Positions 1-26,000 of a stretch of DNA of 64,000 nucleotides are shown here, in pieces. The notes under the pieces were generated by a model, which was not told the DNA's origin, searched no databases, and saw nothing but the letters and a program-made list of their open reading frames with translations. Position 1 is the first letter of the stretch; each line of letters starts with the position of its first letter. The position numbers and the translations under genes were made by a program. This DNA comes from Enoplolaimus lenunculus (lineage: Eukaryota), in the NCBI GenBank assembly GCA_030248215.1, contig JASANG010002792.1, forward strand, positions 186,001 through 250,000, read 5' to 3'.

Positions 1-536
1 TTGATTCGACGTCAACGTTAAAATTCGAGCACTCATATCGGGTGAACAGACAAAACTCGAGGCCATATGTCATTAGCTTACAAACCACCGCTCTCAACTG
101 ATCAATGTGTACAAGGGACGGTATGTCACGTGATACTGTGGGACATTTATGCGAATATCATATGATATTCCAAAATTTCAACGAATAAATAAGATATTCG
201 GAGGACAAAACAACGAAAAAAAAAAAAAAGGACGGCAGCAAAACAAAACAAACGCGCCCAAACCCACAAACCCCACAAAAAAAAACACAACAACACAGAT
301 TGGGTATGTTACCTCAAGTGTGCAGACATTTGAAAGTATGTCATATGATATTCGCGGACAATACGTCGAATATCATATGATATTGAAGTACAAAAGGTGA
401 TCCACACATGATAATAGCAGACAAATACGAATTTTTGAATACGATATGGGGTTTATAAGCAGACAAAATGTCACCCAATAGTCTAATAGGGACAAAACGT
501 GTCCCAAGCTGCCCCGGTTATAACGTGAACCCCGCA
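1..536. mobile_element. PIF/Harbinger-type MITE (left end outside window)
   Basis: Near-identical to 20945-21496. Ends in ...ccggttataacgtgaaccccgca followed by TTA. Confidence 0.75.
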
Positions 537-1971
537 TTAGGCTAAACTTTGTTTTACACTTTTGTTTATTACTCTGAGGACGCTTAAAATTAGGAATATG
601 TTTTGGTTGTTACATGCTTGAAGTTGGTCCAAGTTTTCAGGATCCGCTCCAGTCTTAATATATCGGGACATAATGCCGATTTGGTTCCTCATACCCTGCA
701 CTGATAATTTCAATTAATTTCAATTTTTAAGACTTGAATATATACTTTCACTTTTTGCGATCTTATGGAATTGTGCGTAACCGAAAATTACCAATTTTCA
801 AGTTAAGACATCTATATTTTTATGTATATTATTGTGTAAAAGCGACGCGCTGAGTTGAATTGCGTCACTTTTTGCGTTTGATGACCAGTTAGGCTTAGCG
901 TCTTATTAAACCAAAAGCGATCATCAGAATTTAAAATAACGCCCAGCATGTAATCTCGCGCCTCTACTTGGTATATGTATATAAGTAGATTTTGTTTCTT
1001 GCAAAAGTAACAAACGTAGTAGTTGACGGTGCGTATTCGATGCAAATTTTTCACTGGGATAATTTTGAGATAATTTAAAATACGAAGCCATTATTCCGAT
1101 AAATATCAAACTAAACTGAAGTTTTTCTTTTAATTTTGGCATGTTTTAAAAAATCAAAATTTTAAATCATCATGAACTTATGCAGGAATGTGGATCAATG
1201 TTTTAACTCAGGTTTGAATGCAGAATTTGTTTTCGTCAGCTGCCGCTACTTTAATGGTGAAACGATGCAAATTATTCAGAAAATTTTTTTACACGATAGC
1301 ATTCGGATATCCGGATACGTGTTTCTTTTCGGATACATATCCGGAAATTTTGCGTGTCCGGATATCCGATGCCCATCTATAAATAACCAATACATGATGG
1401 TAGCAGGCATTTATGGTGGACCATGTAAAGATCAGGGTCTCAACGGTTTTCTATGCGACTGCAATAGAGTATGCTTAAGCTTTATACTTTTTTAGTTCGA
1501 TATCGGGCTTATTAGCAGATAAACTGTTACTAGTGGAAAAGGAACAGAATGTGCCCCAAACTGCCCCAGGTTTAATCGTGCACCCCGCAGGTTCTCTTGT
1601 TAAGGCCGAAAACTGTATTAAAAGCACTTCATTTAAAGCTTTAGCGGTTCCAGTAATGAGCTAAGAGTCTTGAAAATGCGGTGGGTTAAAGGGGGCGGCA
1701 GCCGTTTGGAATGGAAATTAAAATATGCCCATACCACATTAGTTCGTAAATGTGTGGGGACTATTTTGGGGAGGGTAAACTATACAAGAATATATATACC
1801 CGAAATATGGGGGGTTTCGTGTATAGAAAACACCAATTACATATATCTTAATCAATATGTACAGTGGAATCAAGTTCTATTTCTGTTTCTATGCTTCTTG
1901 ATTTATTTTGCTTTTTAGGGGGCGGTAGGAATTCTGCAATACATATTTTTATACATTTTTGTTTTATAATA

Positions 1972-14581
<12,610 letters not shown>

Positions 14582-15921
14582 ACTCTTTGAAACTGGTCGA
14601 ATATTACGAGTGAAGGATAGAAATAACATGGTGTTCAATTGTAGCCGTATTATATTATGATTTCCTCGTTTGTTCGCTTTGTTTTTTTAGTATCACCGAA
14701 TTTCTTTGTGTATTACTTTAGCTGTTTAATACTTTTAATTTCTCACGTTGTTTCTTCAATTTCAGTGGATCGTTTGGCACATGTACACTTTGTTCTACAA
14801 GCTGAAGCCTAAGCGAAATTCTAAGCCGAAGTCTAGGTTTTAGTTATAGCGAAATCTGAAACCGTCGAAAACTGTGGGCAAAAGTGTAAAGGAGCCAAAT
14901 TTATAAAAGATCTACTGTTTTCAGGACTTATGTTGCGTTTTACATGTTTGGCTGATCAACAAGCACTGTCATAACGACAGGTTTACTTATACAATGATCT
15001 TAGGTTGTCATATGGGTCATTTGCAGTTTTCATACGACAATTATCATTAAAAGTATGTATTTAGAAGTAGGAAGCAACCGGATGTTAATTTTGCCGAAGC
15101 CGGAGTGAGATAGTGAATGTTTTACCGGAACCAGGTCCTGGTGTTAAACAGATATTGCATATAAAATGCACAGGATCGAATATTCGGTCTCTTCCTGTTT
15201 ATAAGGTTTGAACCGGTTTGCCCTGTCTGATATCAGCAGCTGGGAGGCTTTGATTAATGCCACATCCTGTACTCAGGTCCTCAATAAAGATATTACACAG
15301 GATTCTATGGAAAGAAATTGCATGGAATAGTTATATCGATGGATTGAAAAATAATGGCATTGAGTTTTAAATTTTTAATTTCACTATTTGTTAACCTATT
15401 TTCCTGAAGCTTGATTTTCAGTTATATATCTTACTAAAACATTTACTACACGTGTGCTACTATTGTTTTTTGTGTGTGAGTGTGGTGTACACTGTTCTTG
15501 GTTCTATCTCTCACTGAGAAGTTTAAGGGGTTAGATCGAAAAAATTAAGTGGCTTTTGTTTTTGCATCCTTCTCGTTAATTCACGGACTGCGTATTGGTA
15601 GTAAAACGTTGGTAGCCCCAGTAGTATCAACATTGATTTTAATTTAATCACTCTTAAACTTTAGTCTAATATTGGCAGTATTACCCTCAGTAATTGTTAA
15701 TATTTTTCACTAAAATATTATGTAGTAGACAGTGTTCAGGGGCTTTACAACGCTTTGGTTTCGAATATTGTTTTCTGTTTTCTTGCTCAACGTAGGTAAC
15801 ATTTTCTGTTTACTTTTGTTATATTCGTTTTGGTACGTATGGTGTTTTGTGAAGCTTTCATTTCCGGTGCCGATGTGTAACACATTTGTGTACTACTGGA
15901 TTCGATTTGATTTCTGTGTAT

Positions 15922-16478
15922 CAGGGTTGGTTTTTGGAAAAATTGAATCGACCGGAAAACGGTATTTTTGTTTTTTTCCGGAAAAACGGAAAAAGGAAAA
16001 ATTGCAAATCATATGCTAATGCATCTGCAAGCGCAAAAACGTTGATGGATGATTTGTCTATTTGTAAGCATGTGTTTCTCTGATCTTTCCAGAACTTATA
16101 GGCATGTATCTCCTATTACTTCTACTGGTGGATCCAAAAGGGGAGCCAAGATTTTGTATTTGAAGGTTTAGCACTAAAATGGCGTATGGCGTCTGGCTCG
16201 CTTCGCTCAGGAGTACTTCCACAATATCTCGTGCGGTCTCCCATTTCAGAGTTTCCTGGAGCCGCCACTGATTCCTCCCCAGTAAATCAACTTTCGCGAT
16301 GATGCGAGTGTGAGAAAAACAAAATTTTCGCGGTTTCCGCAGTGTGTTGTCGCTGTTTTGCCAGTGATTTGCTGGGATTATTATACAACGTTTTTCCGTT
16401 TTTTCCAACCCCCTCGGAAAAAACAGAAAAAACCGGAAAATCCCGGTTTTCCATTGTTTTGTCCTGTGTCCAACCCTG
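15922..16478. mobile_element. hAT-type MITE
   Basis: Termini cagggttgg / ccaaccctg; 8-bp TSD ctgtgtat/ctgtgcat; subterminal ccggaaaa repeats. Confidence 0.7.
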
Positions 16479-19162
16479 CTGTGCATTAATACAATGCTTG
16501 GCATACAAGTGCGTTGCCAGGTTGGGTCAGGTTTCCTGGCCGCCCGCCCTTTGGGATTTTTTGCCAGGGGATTTTAGACATGGTGTCAGTTTGCGACACG
16601 TGCAACCTTCTTTGAAATATTTATATAACAATCCCCCTTTTTCGAAATCCTGGCTACGTCCATGGCGGTATATACTTGTTTACCTATCCCTCACGGCCAG
16701 CTTTTATTTCAATTTAACTGAAGGCAAAAATCGCCTTAAACATTACTTTTTGCATCATTTCTAAATATAAGCTTAAGTCTAATGCTAAGCAGAAGCCTAA
16801 ACTTTGCTCTTAGCCTAAACGTATTCATTACTACTGTGCGTTTTGTGTAGAAGAGTGAAGTGTTACGTGATGCGGACCTATACTTTGGCTGTGTCATACT
16901 ACATGCATTTTGAGGCTTAAATTTATTAAGACAATTAAACCTATGGTGATCTATTCTTGGATTAAATGTGTACAACAAATTTCGTAATTAATAAGGTGAT
17001 CTTGCGGAATTACGTATATAAAATTCGTTTTTAAAATAGCTCAAAATTTGAATACGCTTGTTATGTTTGTCAATTGATACCAATCGCTTCCTGTTGCTTA
17101 TCATTGTTGTGATCAGAACACTTTGTTTGCTACAGTTAGCTTAATAAAAATAAGCAAACCTAAAGAGTAAGTAAGCCAGAGTCTAAGTTGTGCTAAAATC
17201 TGTGAATTTCGAAAACTGTGGGGGAGAATTGTACAAGAGACATTGTGTTTTTAGGGACAGTTTCTATATTATGTTTGTCTGGTCTTTCGTTTGTTACATT
17301 CCATTTCTGTACATTGTGTTTGTATCTAGCACTAATTATGCTATTAAATATACAAGGTCGCGCTCTGATGTGTTTGATTTTTGCTTTCATGGTCAAGTGT
17401 ATGTACAATTTCTCAAACGAACCTAGAGAAAATAGTACTACGGGGAAGTATCTAAATTTTTGAGCAATTTCTATAGAAGGATAAATCAGTAAATCTTTAA
17501 TTTACAGGCCAGCATATGAATCGGTAAAATTGTCGTATAGGCTGATATTTGAATATATGTGCCATATGTGTTTGCCGCAGATTAAAAATAGAATTGGGTT
17601 GACGCGTTAATTTAGTAATCTGTTCAAGTTTTTTGAATAGTAAATTTAAGACATTTAATTTCTAGAGATCGTAATTTAAGATAGCGTGCCGTGACAGTTG
17701 TTTGCCGGTGAAATCGGTAAATCGGTTTAGAGTTGAATGCCTATATTAAATATTTGTTGAACTTCTTTCAGGTTTTCCGTTGATAATCATATACTAGCGA
17801 TTTTCGTAAGCGGATGGTTACGTTGTATTAAAATTCCGAAGGGGTCTAGTGTAACAAACGGGCAAAGTATGCACAAATCTCTTTTGTAAGAAAACTTAAA
17901 CCGGAAGTTTCACCCCTGAACCCAAGTCTTGGAGAGGCGTTTGGGTAATTTAGTAAAAATAAAAAATATTAAAATAGCTTAAAAGCAATGAGTAAATAAA
18001 TTTTGAGTATGAATTTGGTTGTTTTATTGTAGTTTTCTATTGGTCGGTGTCATTAATTTACGCCATAAAGCTGTTTATGTAAAGGGGTTGATTTGATTTT
18101 TTATGTTTTAAACTAGATTAATATGTTAATTAAAAATTATATTTATTTTTAAAACTTATATTATACAATTATAAATTACATATAGTGAACGCTGTTTTTT
18201 GCGAAAGGTGGCGTATGGGGTGTAATCTCTCATCGGAAGTGTCAACATTGCTAAAACATTTTCTGTACTCTCTTCTAAAATCCACTCTTGTTTTCGCAAT
18301 TCGTTTCTTGTAAGGACTCTCCGCTGTTTCAGTACTTTAATTCTAAATTTTCGATAACCGTGAAACTGAGTAATGTACCGTTTTAAGCTTGTGTTAACGA
18401 AGTAATATGATTTAAACATATGATCCAACGAAACAAGCGAGACGAAACGCGTGTGTAGTCCTTGTTGGTAAGTGGTGATTATATATGAGAATTGAGAAGG
18501 TATATTAGTGTGTAATATTATGGTATGACAATACCTTGCCGACAACTCGTCAACCGGTATCTTCTGGAACCAGAAATTTGTTCGAATGGATAATGTGCCG
18601 CCCATCGTTATGCTTTGGCTTAGGATTCTGCTTACAGGGTTTAGGGCACTATAAGGCGACAAGTTGTTCGGTGACGAAGTGTCGCAGATTATTGATAGTA
18701 TATTTTATTGCACTTCCAAGTAATTGAAATGCGTGATTTAGGTTAGCGTATATTTTGCTTCTGCGAACTCCTATGTATTTGTTTGTATATATTTATTGCT
18801 ATAATCGTATGTATGCTTTTATCGGTCGTGATTATTGTCATTCAAAGAAATGATTCAATTTAACAAAGTCTGTATAAGCTATCCGGTTGACACGGTAGAT
18901 ACATCGCGTGTTTTTCTAAGGTTCGATGAGTTAAGAAGGGAGAATGGTCGATCACCTCTAGTTTAAGGCTCAGTTTAAATTACGAGTCTAATATTATTTT
19001 ACGTTTGTTTTCACAAGTCAAATTCCAAAGTTATAATTAGTAAAGATTTTAAATAGAAACATAAAGACTAACTTTTGAAAATATTGCGGAAAATTTTTAA
19101 AATTCACAGTTTGAATTGACCACCTATAGACCTTTTTGTGACGTAAACCAAGGCCAAGCAAC

Positions 19163-19551
19163 GATGGTGCAGAGCGTAACTGGATTTTTCTGGATTATAC
19201 TGGAATCGGAACTACAAAATTTTTGACTATACGGATAATGTGGATAAACAAGTTAATATTGATTTAGGGTGTCTGTTGGCTGGCAACAATTTTCAAAAAC
19301 TTCGCATGAACAAATTGGCACTCATTATTTGGCTCTGTAAAACTAAACTGCAATCAATTATTGATAAGTTCAGTCATCGAAAACAATTTAATAGATAAAT
19401 GATGCAGAATTTTTAAACAACATATCGCAACAAGTAGGTCTAAAATAACATGTGGAAATTCCGATTGTGATTAATTGTGCAATCGGAATCGGAATCGGAG
19501 CTCGTTTTGAATCGGAATTCTAATCGGAATCAGAATTGCGATTGCACCCTG
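19163..19551. mobile_element. hAT-type MITE with (CGGAAT)n subterminal repeats
   Basis: Homologous to 45783-46189; ends tgcaccctg; 8-bp TSD caagcaac/caagcgac. Confidence 0.7.
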
Positions 19552-20894
19552 CAAGCGACAATACACAGGAAAATTGGGCAAGTTATTTTGTGAACACAGA
19601 CGAAAAAATAATTCTGGGTAAAGGCGGTTTGTGGGTAACGCATTCCGCAGGATTTCTGATGTCGTAGTGGGCATATACAAAAGGCAATCGGGAATATTCT
19701 TCTCCAAAAAAATTTTTAGAGAAACGAAAAAGGCGCTTTTACAAGTTTAAATATTATCCATACTTGCCACGTTCGTTCGCAAAAATGTTTCACAACAGGT
19801 TTTATGCCCTACCGTAATGAAATCCTGATTGAGGCTTGATTTGTAGCATTTAGCATCTCTGTTTGGATGACGTATTGCCAACCTGCTGGAAAATTCCGAA
19901 TTCGGATGTTGTCCCAATTTGTTACAGTGAACATATATCATTCGTTAAAGACATAAAATCGTTTAAAAATTATGGAAAATTTTAGTATATCAAAGCCCGA
20001 AAACATTACCAGATAAATATACTAAGTACCCGAATCCGAGTTAAAGATCTTTCAGTAACTTATATATCTTGCTTTTTGTGACCTGACGCTCATATGTGCT
20101 TTTACTCCAATATGATATTTTAGTTGCATAAGTACTGCGAGTAAAAAACTTTTATTTTGATGTAGCGTTAAAAGTGCTAATTTCAATAACCGAAAATGGT
20201 TTGTGGTCCAAATATATTAGGCTCAGTATTAAATTTGATGACTCAATCGTAAAAATATGCCTGTTTTAAATGTGTATTCTTTAACTAACGTACACAAACA
20301 CAAGTAATGAAGAATGGCATAAACGTGAAAGGTAGCTTGTTTAAATGCACTATTTTTAAATAACCTACGCCAAAGGATAATGCGAGCTCGCCGTTCAGGT
20401 ACCAAGAATAGAAGATATAATTAGAGATAATTCCAAAAACAAAACTTCAAAAATGAATCCTACACATGACCCAGTGTATATATTAGTTTTTTATTCGATG
20501 TACTTTGAAACGATCGGTAGGTACTTTATTCTGTTTCAGCATTTTCGCTTTTATATTTGAGTGACAGCGCTTGGATGTGCAAACTTCAAGTCTGTTTCAT
20601 AAACGATTAAGACAATCTTTCTGAAATACAGGACAAATGTGTCAGAAATAAAAGACATGTTTTGCAAGATTTGCAGGGAAGTGGCGTCCTAAATTGGGAG
20701 CTAAGCTCAACCAAATTCCCTAATTTTACAACCTAAGATACGTCCAAGACGCAAACTTAGGTTGGGGGTAGCCTGAGCTCAACCCGAAATATCTTTGAAA
20801 TTCGATTATTTATAATATACTCTCAAGAATAGGTATACCTAAACGAAGCAACTTTTTTTACATAACATAAAAACAGACAATAGTCTTGAATTTA

Positions 20895-21496
20895 TGCGGG
20901 ATTCACGTTAACCGGGGCAGGCGGGACACGGTTTGTCCCATGTTGGTTCAACGTCAACGTTAACATTCGAGCACTCATATCGGGTGAACAGACAAAACCC
21001 GAATGTCTTATGACATTTACTTACAAACCACCGCACTCAGAAGATGAATGCGTACAAGAGTCGGTATGTCACGTGATACTGAGGGACATTTGTGCGAATA
21101 TTCCAAAATTACAACGAATATCATGATATTCAGCGGAATCTTAAAATACCAAATACACATCTGCAAATTCATTTCCGGCACAAAACCGCTTAGAAAAACA
21201 GTGTTATAATTCAAAGTTTCAAATTTCAAATTCTAGTATATGATATTCAACAGGACAATTTGGGCATGTTACTTGTAGTATGCAGACATTTGAAAATATA
21301 TCACATGATATTCGCAGACAATACCTTGAATATCAAATGATATTGAAGAACAAAAGGTGATCTACACATGATGATAGCAGACAAATCCGACTTTTTGAAT
21401 ATGATATAGTGTCTACTAGCAGACAAAATGTTACCCAACAGGCTAATAGGGACAAAACGTGTGCCAAGCTGCCCCGGTTATAACGTGGACCCCGCA
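20895..21496. mobile_element. PIF/Harbinger-type MITE, complete
   Basis: TIRs tgcgggattcacgttaaccggggcag / ctgccccggttataacgtggaccccgca, with a TTA target duplication on both sides. Confidence 0.8.
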
Positions 21497-21709
21497 TTAG
21501 ACAACTGTTTCTTGAAAGAAATTTATGTTGTATAAATTGGAAATAGTAATTTCTTGAATACGACATTTATGTCTTAACCATTTGAGACACAAGTTTCTGG
21601 AACGTTTAAGCCTGTAAAAGTCTGAAATATAAGACATTTGTCTTGAAAATTTAAGAAAATAGGAGTCTTGAAATTTCAAGAATTTATTTTGTGTGTAGTC
21701 TAGCGGTAG

Positions 21710-22075
21710 CAGGGTGCAACCGGAGGTAAAAAATACCGGAGTCAGAGGTCAGCGAAACTAGCCGGAGCCTGAGATGAGGCGAAATTAATTAGTAAAAATG
21801 ATGGTTAATTAGTTAATTTTAATAGCCAATATCTGCAAAATGTTGTTAAGTTGTTTGGTTTCACGCTAATTTTCTGCCAAATTTCGGCAATTCTTTCATG
21901 AAAATTGTGACAAAAGTCAATCAAAACGCGCTAAAGAGATAAATTTAGGAAAATAATGCAAAATTTTACTACTGAAATTGCGGGAACTTCCGGCAAAAAT
22001 TCTACCGGAGCCGGAGCCGGAGGCCGATTTTCTGCCGGAGCCGGAACCGGAGGCAGACCTCCGGTTGTTACCCTG
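21710..22075. mobile_element. hAT-type MITE with (CCGGAG)n repeats
   Basis: TIRs cagggtgcaaccggaggt / acctccggttgttaccctg; 8-bp TSD agcggtag/agcagtag. A related fragment lies at about 41250-41480. Confidence 0.72.
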
Positions 22076-22125
22076 AGCAGTAGCAGTGTACTTTCAGGAA
22101 AACCATGAAGAATGTAACTGCCTAA

Positions 22126-22581
22126 TGCGAGGTTCACGTTACCGATTGCGCGCTTGGAACCTGTTTTGGCACCTACCCATAGAAGGAGATAAAAGCAACC
22201 TATATGAATATGTTGTTAGCTAGCTACTACCCATATGGGTACCTTACGTTTGTAGCTATGGCTAACTAGTCTTCGGTTTGTTACCCGTGTGGGCACCTTG
22301 CGATTCTTTTCACAATATTTATAGCTAGCGTAATTTTTTGGATTTTTTCGAAAGATATGTTGTAAAGACTAAACCAGACTTGTACTTGAAAGCGCATTAC
22401 GTTGGCATCTATATGGGCTACGAGCAGAATCTCGACTCGGTCAATATTTCAAAACCTAGCTATGTGCAACATTTTATTTTCTGTTGGTATCCATATGGGT
22501 AACAAAAAAGTTAGTGTGTACCGCTATGGGCATAGTGACAAAACAGGTGCCAAGCGTACAATTGGTTACGTGAACCCCGCA
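22126..22581. mobile_element. PIF/Harbinger-type MITE with the same termini as 20895-21496 but a different interior
   Basis: TIRs tgcgaggttcacgttaccgattg / caattggttacgtgaaccccgca, with TAA on both sides. Confidence 0.75.
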
Positions 22582-23001
22582 TAAAATCTTGGGAAATGTT
22601 TTATTTTTAGGCCGAAGGCCTCTACTTACATTAAGCATGTTCGTAAGCCTAAGCGTAAAAATAAGTATTAACCCTAAAACCTAAGCCAGATGAAAAATTG
22701 TCTAAAATCTGATACTATTGCGTTGCAGTCGTGCGACTACATGGACGCCCTAAAAGTAACATGGGTAAATATTTTTGATGATTTGATGAGAAGCGTCAGT
22801 ACAACATTTGTACATTAATAAATACTTCGTTCAAAAACCTTCAGTATCCAGTTGAATTTGTTGTCTGTCTTTTCGTTCTGATCTGGTTTATATCAAAATT
22901 CTTCGATTGCAGAAAGGAAGGTCGAACGCAAACCTTGTGCTGGACGAATGCTTTTCGTTGTACCTGCGTCAAGTATAAAAGCGAAGCTGTAGTTTTTATT
23001 A

Positions 23002-26000
23002 TTAAATCAGTTCAGTCTTTTTGTCGATGGGCTTTCTGACCCTCATCATAAAATCTTTATCGGTTATATACACAACATTGTCAAACGAAGTGTTTGAATA
23101 AACTTCAACTTGTTTCACATTTTTTGGAGTCGCGTACCAAACGTATCGAGATTGATGAACGGGTTTCTCGAAATGTTCGCCGTATTCAGCAATAATGTGA
23201 TCAACAGAATTACAAGGTAGATGGAAAAGTTCTCCCAACAGCAGCGTTGCGCAGATATCTTTTAGCAGTGGCAAGGTATACCTATAAAATTTAAACTCAA
23301 ATGTAAACCATGGTATTTTAACCCCTTCTCACATTGAGTTGCCTATAGGCAACTTTGCGCAGTGTATATACGTTAAATAATATATATCGCACCGTGTTTT
23401 ACAATTGCAACACGTATACATAGTACTAAATCACCACTGTACAGATGTCACTGCACCCAGCGCCTCTAAATCTTAGTAGATTTAGGCCTTCGGCAGCTGG
23501 AATCACATTTCTGTGAAAATGTGTGAGCTCTCGGGCTGCACAGAAATTCTGGGAATAATATCTCGGCGGAAAGACCCCGTGCAAGCTGGTGTCGGTAGAC
23601 ACAGCTTTGATTCGGAAGGCTCTGAGCCAAAGTATGCAGCCCTTGAAGTTTCGGTGTCCCGGAGAGTTGCTACGGGCATGTGTGCACAGGTTGGACAATT
23701 GCTGAAAATCGAAATGTTAAGCAGACTTTTCAGATCTGTCCGGTTGGAGCTGTAAGTGCTCTCGTGGCCCGGAAAGTATGAAAACAGTTCTGAATAGGTG
23801 ATATCGTATCGGTACGAGACTAATTTCAGTGTTTTTGGGTCGAAAACAGTAGTTTCGGATAACTCGAATTTTGTGAAATATCGTTTTGATCTGAATTTTA
23901 CCAAATTCAGATATTTCGGCTGTAAAACTGTGTAATAGGTTTGTAAATGTGCTGACTTTGATGGAATGCATCTAAAAACACTAAATTCTATCTAAATTTT
24001 CGTTTTCTGCGTATTTGAAAACCTATAGAAAATTTCGATTACCATCGAAATTTATTACGATTATTAGCTATGTTAAATAAGAATATAAATTGTTTGGCTT
24101 GTTTTGCATTTTCTCTCGCCATGTTTGCAACGTTTTAAAAACGTGTGTACGAATAATACGTGTTTTACTGTTACAGGATATAATACAGTTGTGTAGGAGG
24201 TTTTGATTGTGTTTATATAGAGTTTTTGCTTTGCAGTTTTGGGAATAGGTAAAGACCGAGTTGCCGAAACCGGTTATGCAAAATACTTAATTTTGCATAT
24301 CCTATAAGATTTTCCGTGTGTCCGCCGCTAACGGGAGAGAATTTTCATATATTCCGAGAATAGAGCGGTTTGGTTTTTCCTGTTCGAAAAGTTGCTTTGT
24401 GTTACTCTTTTCTGTGCTTTTGGTGGGATTTTGCGTAATGTCAAATTCTATGAGTTTGAGTAACTCCCTGCGGCAGCAGCGGAGTTGGACCTGGGCGACC
24501 GGGGAGGACTGGTGTCACTGGTCAGCGGCGGAATCCCCGTTTTGGTCTGGACTGTCACAAGCAAATCCGCAGATTCGGCCGTTACCACGGCCCGAATCGG
24601 TCGTCCCTGAATTATTGGTAAGAGTTGTTTATATTCTTGCTTACACCATGGTCATTGCTTTACACCGGTGTTTAACGGCTCTTGAGACTATCGAGAGGGT
24701 CCGAGCTGGCTTGTAGATTTTTGCGTAATTTGTTTTTAGAGAGCCCCTCGGGCTCGAGCGTCAAGCTCCTATAGCTGCTGAGTGGTGATGGTATACGCCT
24801 CCCACTCCAGCCAGTGGAGTTCGAATCCTAGCATAAATGCAGGTGTCAGGAGAAATAGAAAATATTCATGTGAGAAAGGGTTAAGCGAAAATTTTTCACT
24901 TTACTATCTATAACCCCTTCTCACATTGAGTTGCTTATAGGCAACTCAGCGCAGTGCATATACGCTAAATAATATATATCGCACCGTGTTTAACAATTGC
25001 ACCACGTATCCATAGTACTAAATCACCACATGACGTGAGAGCCCCCTCGCGCTCGAGCGTCAAGCTCCTATGGCTGCGTGGTGATGGTATACGCCTCCCA
25101 CTCCAGTCACTGCAGTTCGAAACCTATCATAAACGTAGGTGTCAGTGGAAATAGAAAATATTCATGTGAGAAAGGGTTAAACATTTTCAATTACAGAACT
25201 CATGTTATTATTTTGCACCATACTGATATTATGACTAAATCGTATAGTTAGCTTGGTTACATGTATAAAACAGGTACCTCCCAATTACCCGGGTATCCCA
25301 ATTTTCCTAAATTCTAATTTCACGGGTAGTATATATCCCAATGTACCAAAAATCTAACTTCCCGGGTAATATTCCAATTTGCCAAAATAGGAATACCAAC
25401 GGTAATATCCCAATTTTGCTTGTGAAATCCAAATATCGTGGGAAATCAGCATGGGCTTGGGCTGAGTCTTAGTTTCAGAGTCCTGCTTGGACTTTAAGGT
25501 CAGTCTTAAGTTTAGTCTATTCAGAAGTTTAGGTTTAGACTCAGGTTTATACTTAAACTGGAGTATAGCTTATAGGCTAAAGTTTAGGTGTAGACGGGTC
25601 CATACGCAGACGGATGCTGCGGGGCTCAGCCCCTCTGTATACCAAATTGGCATTTTTTTATTCTTCTACACTTGAGAAACTCGCTCGAACAAAAATTTTC
25701 TTTAATTGAGTTTTCAGGGGGGCCTGTCGACCACCCCCCCACCGCAAATCAATTCATTGCTTGAGTAAAGTTTTTGACTGTCTTTACAGCTTAATTGTGA
25801 GAACCGCTTAGTGCAGGGGGTCTTGGAGGGCGGCAGACCCATCCTGTTAGTCTCCCTTAAAATTGTTAGGGTTCTGGAGGGCGGCAACACCCCTTAAAAA
25901 CCAATTTAAAAAGTTGTCTATATGGAGGATGGAAGTTTTTATTTCGGGAAGTTGTCTTTTATTGTGTTCTCAAACGGGTTGTGTACCCCGCACCCCCACA

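Noticed and set aside
15732..16764. Cluster of overlapping 65-148-aa ORFs
   Set aside because: They lie largely in a hAT-type MITE and adjacent repeat relics, with no protein features.
18156..18662. 168-aa minus-strand ORF between PCYT2 and the fukutin-like gene
   Set aside because: No recognisable domain, its 5' part overlaps a short inverted-repeat element (about 18540-18685), and no exon chain could be built.
23503..23904. 133-aa ORF as a piggyBac transposase remnant
   Set aside because: No DDD-domain or cysteine-rich C-terminal motifs recognised; kept only as unexplained cargo.
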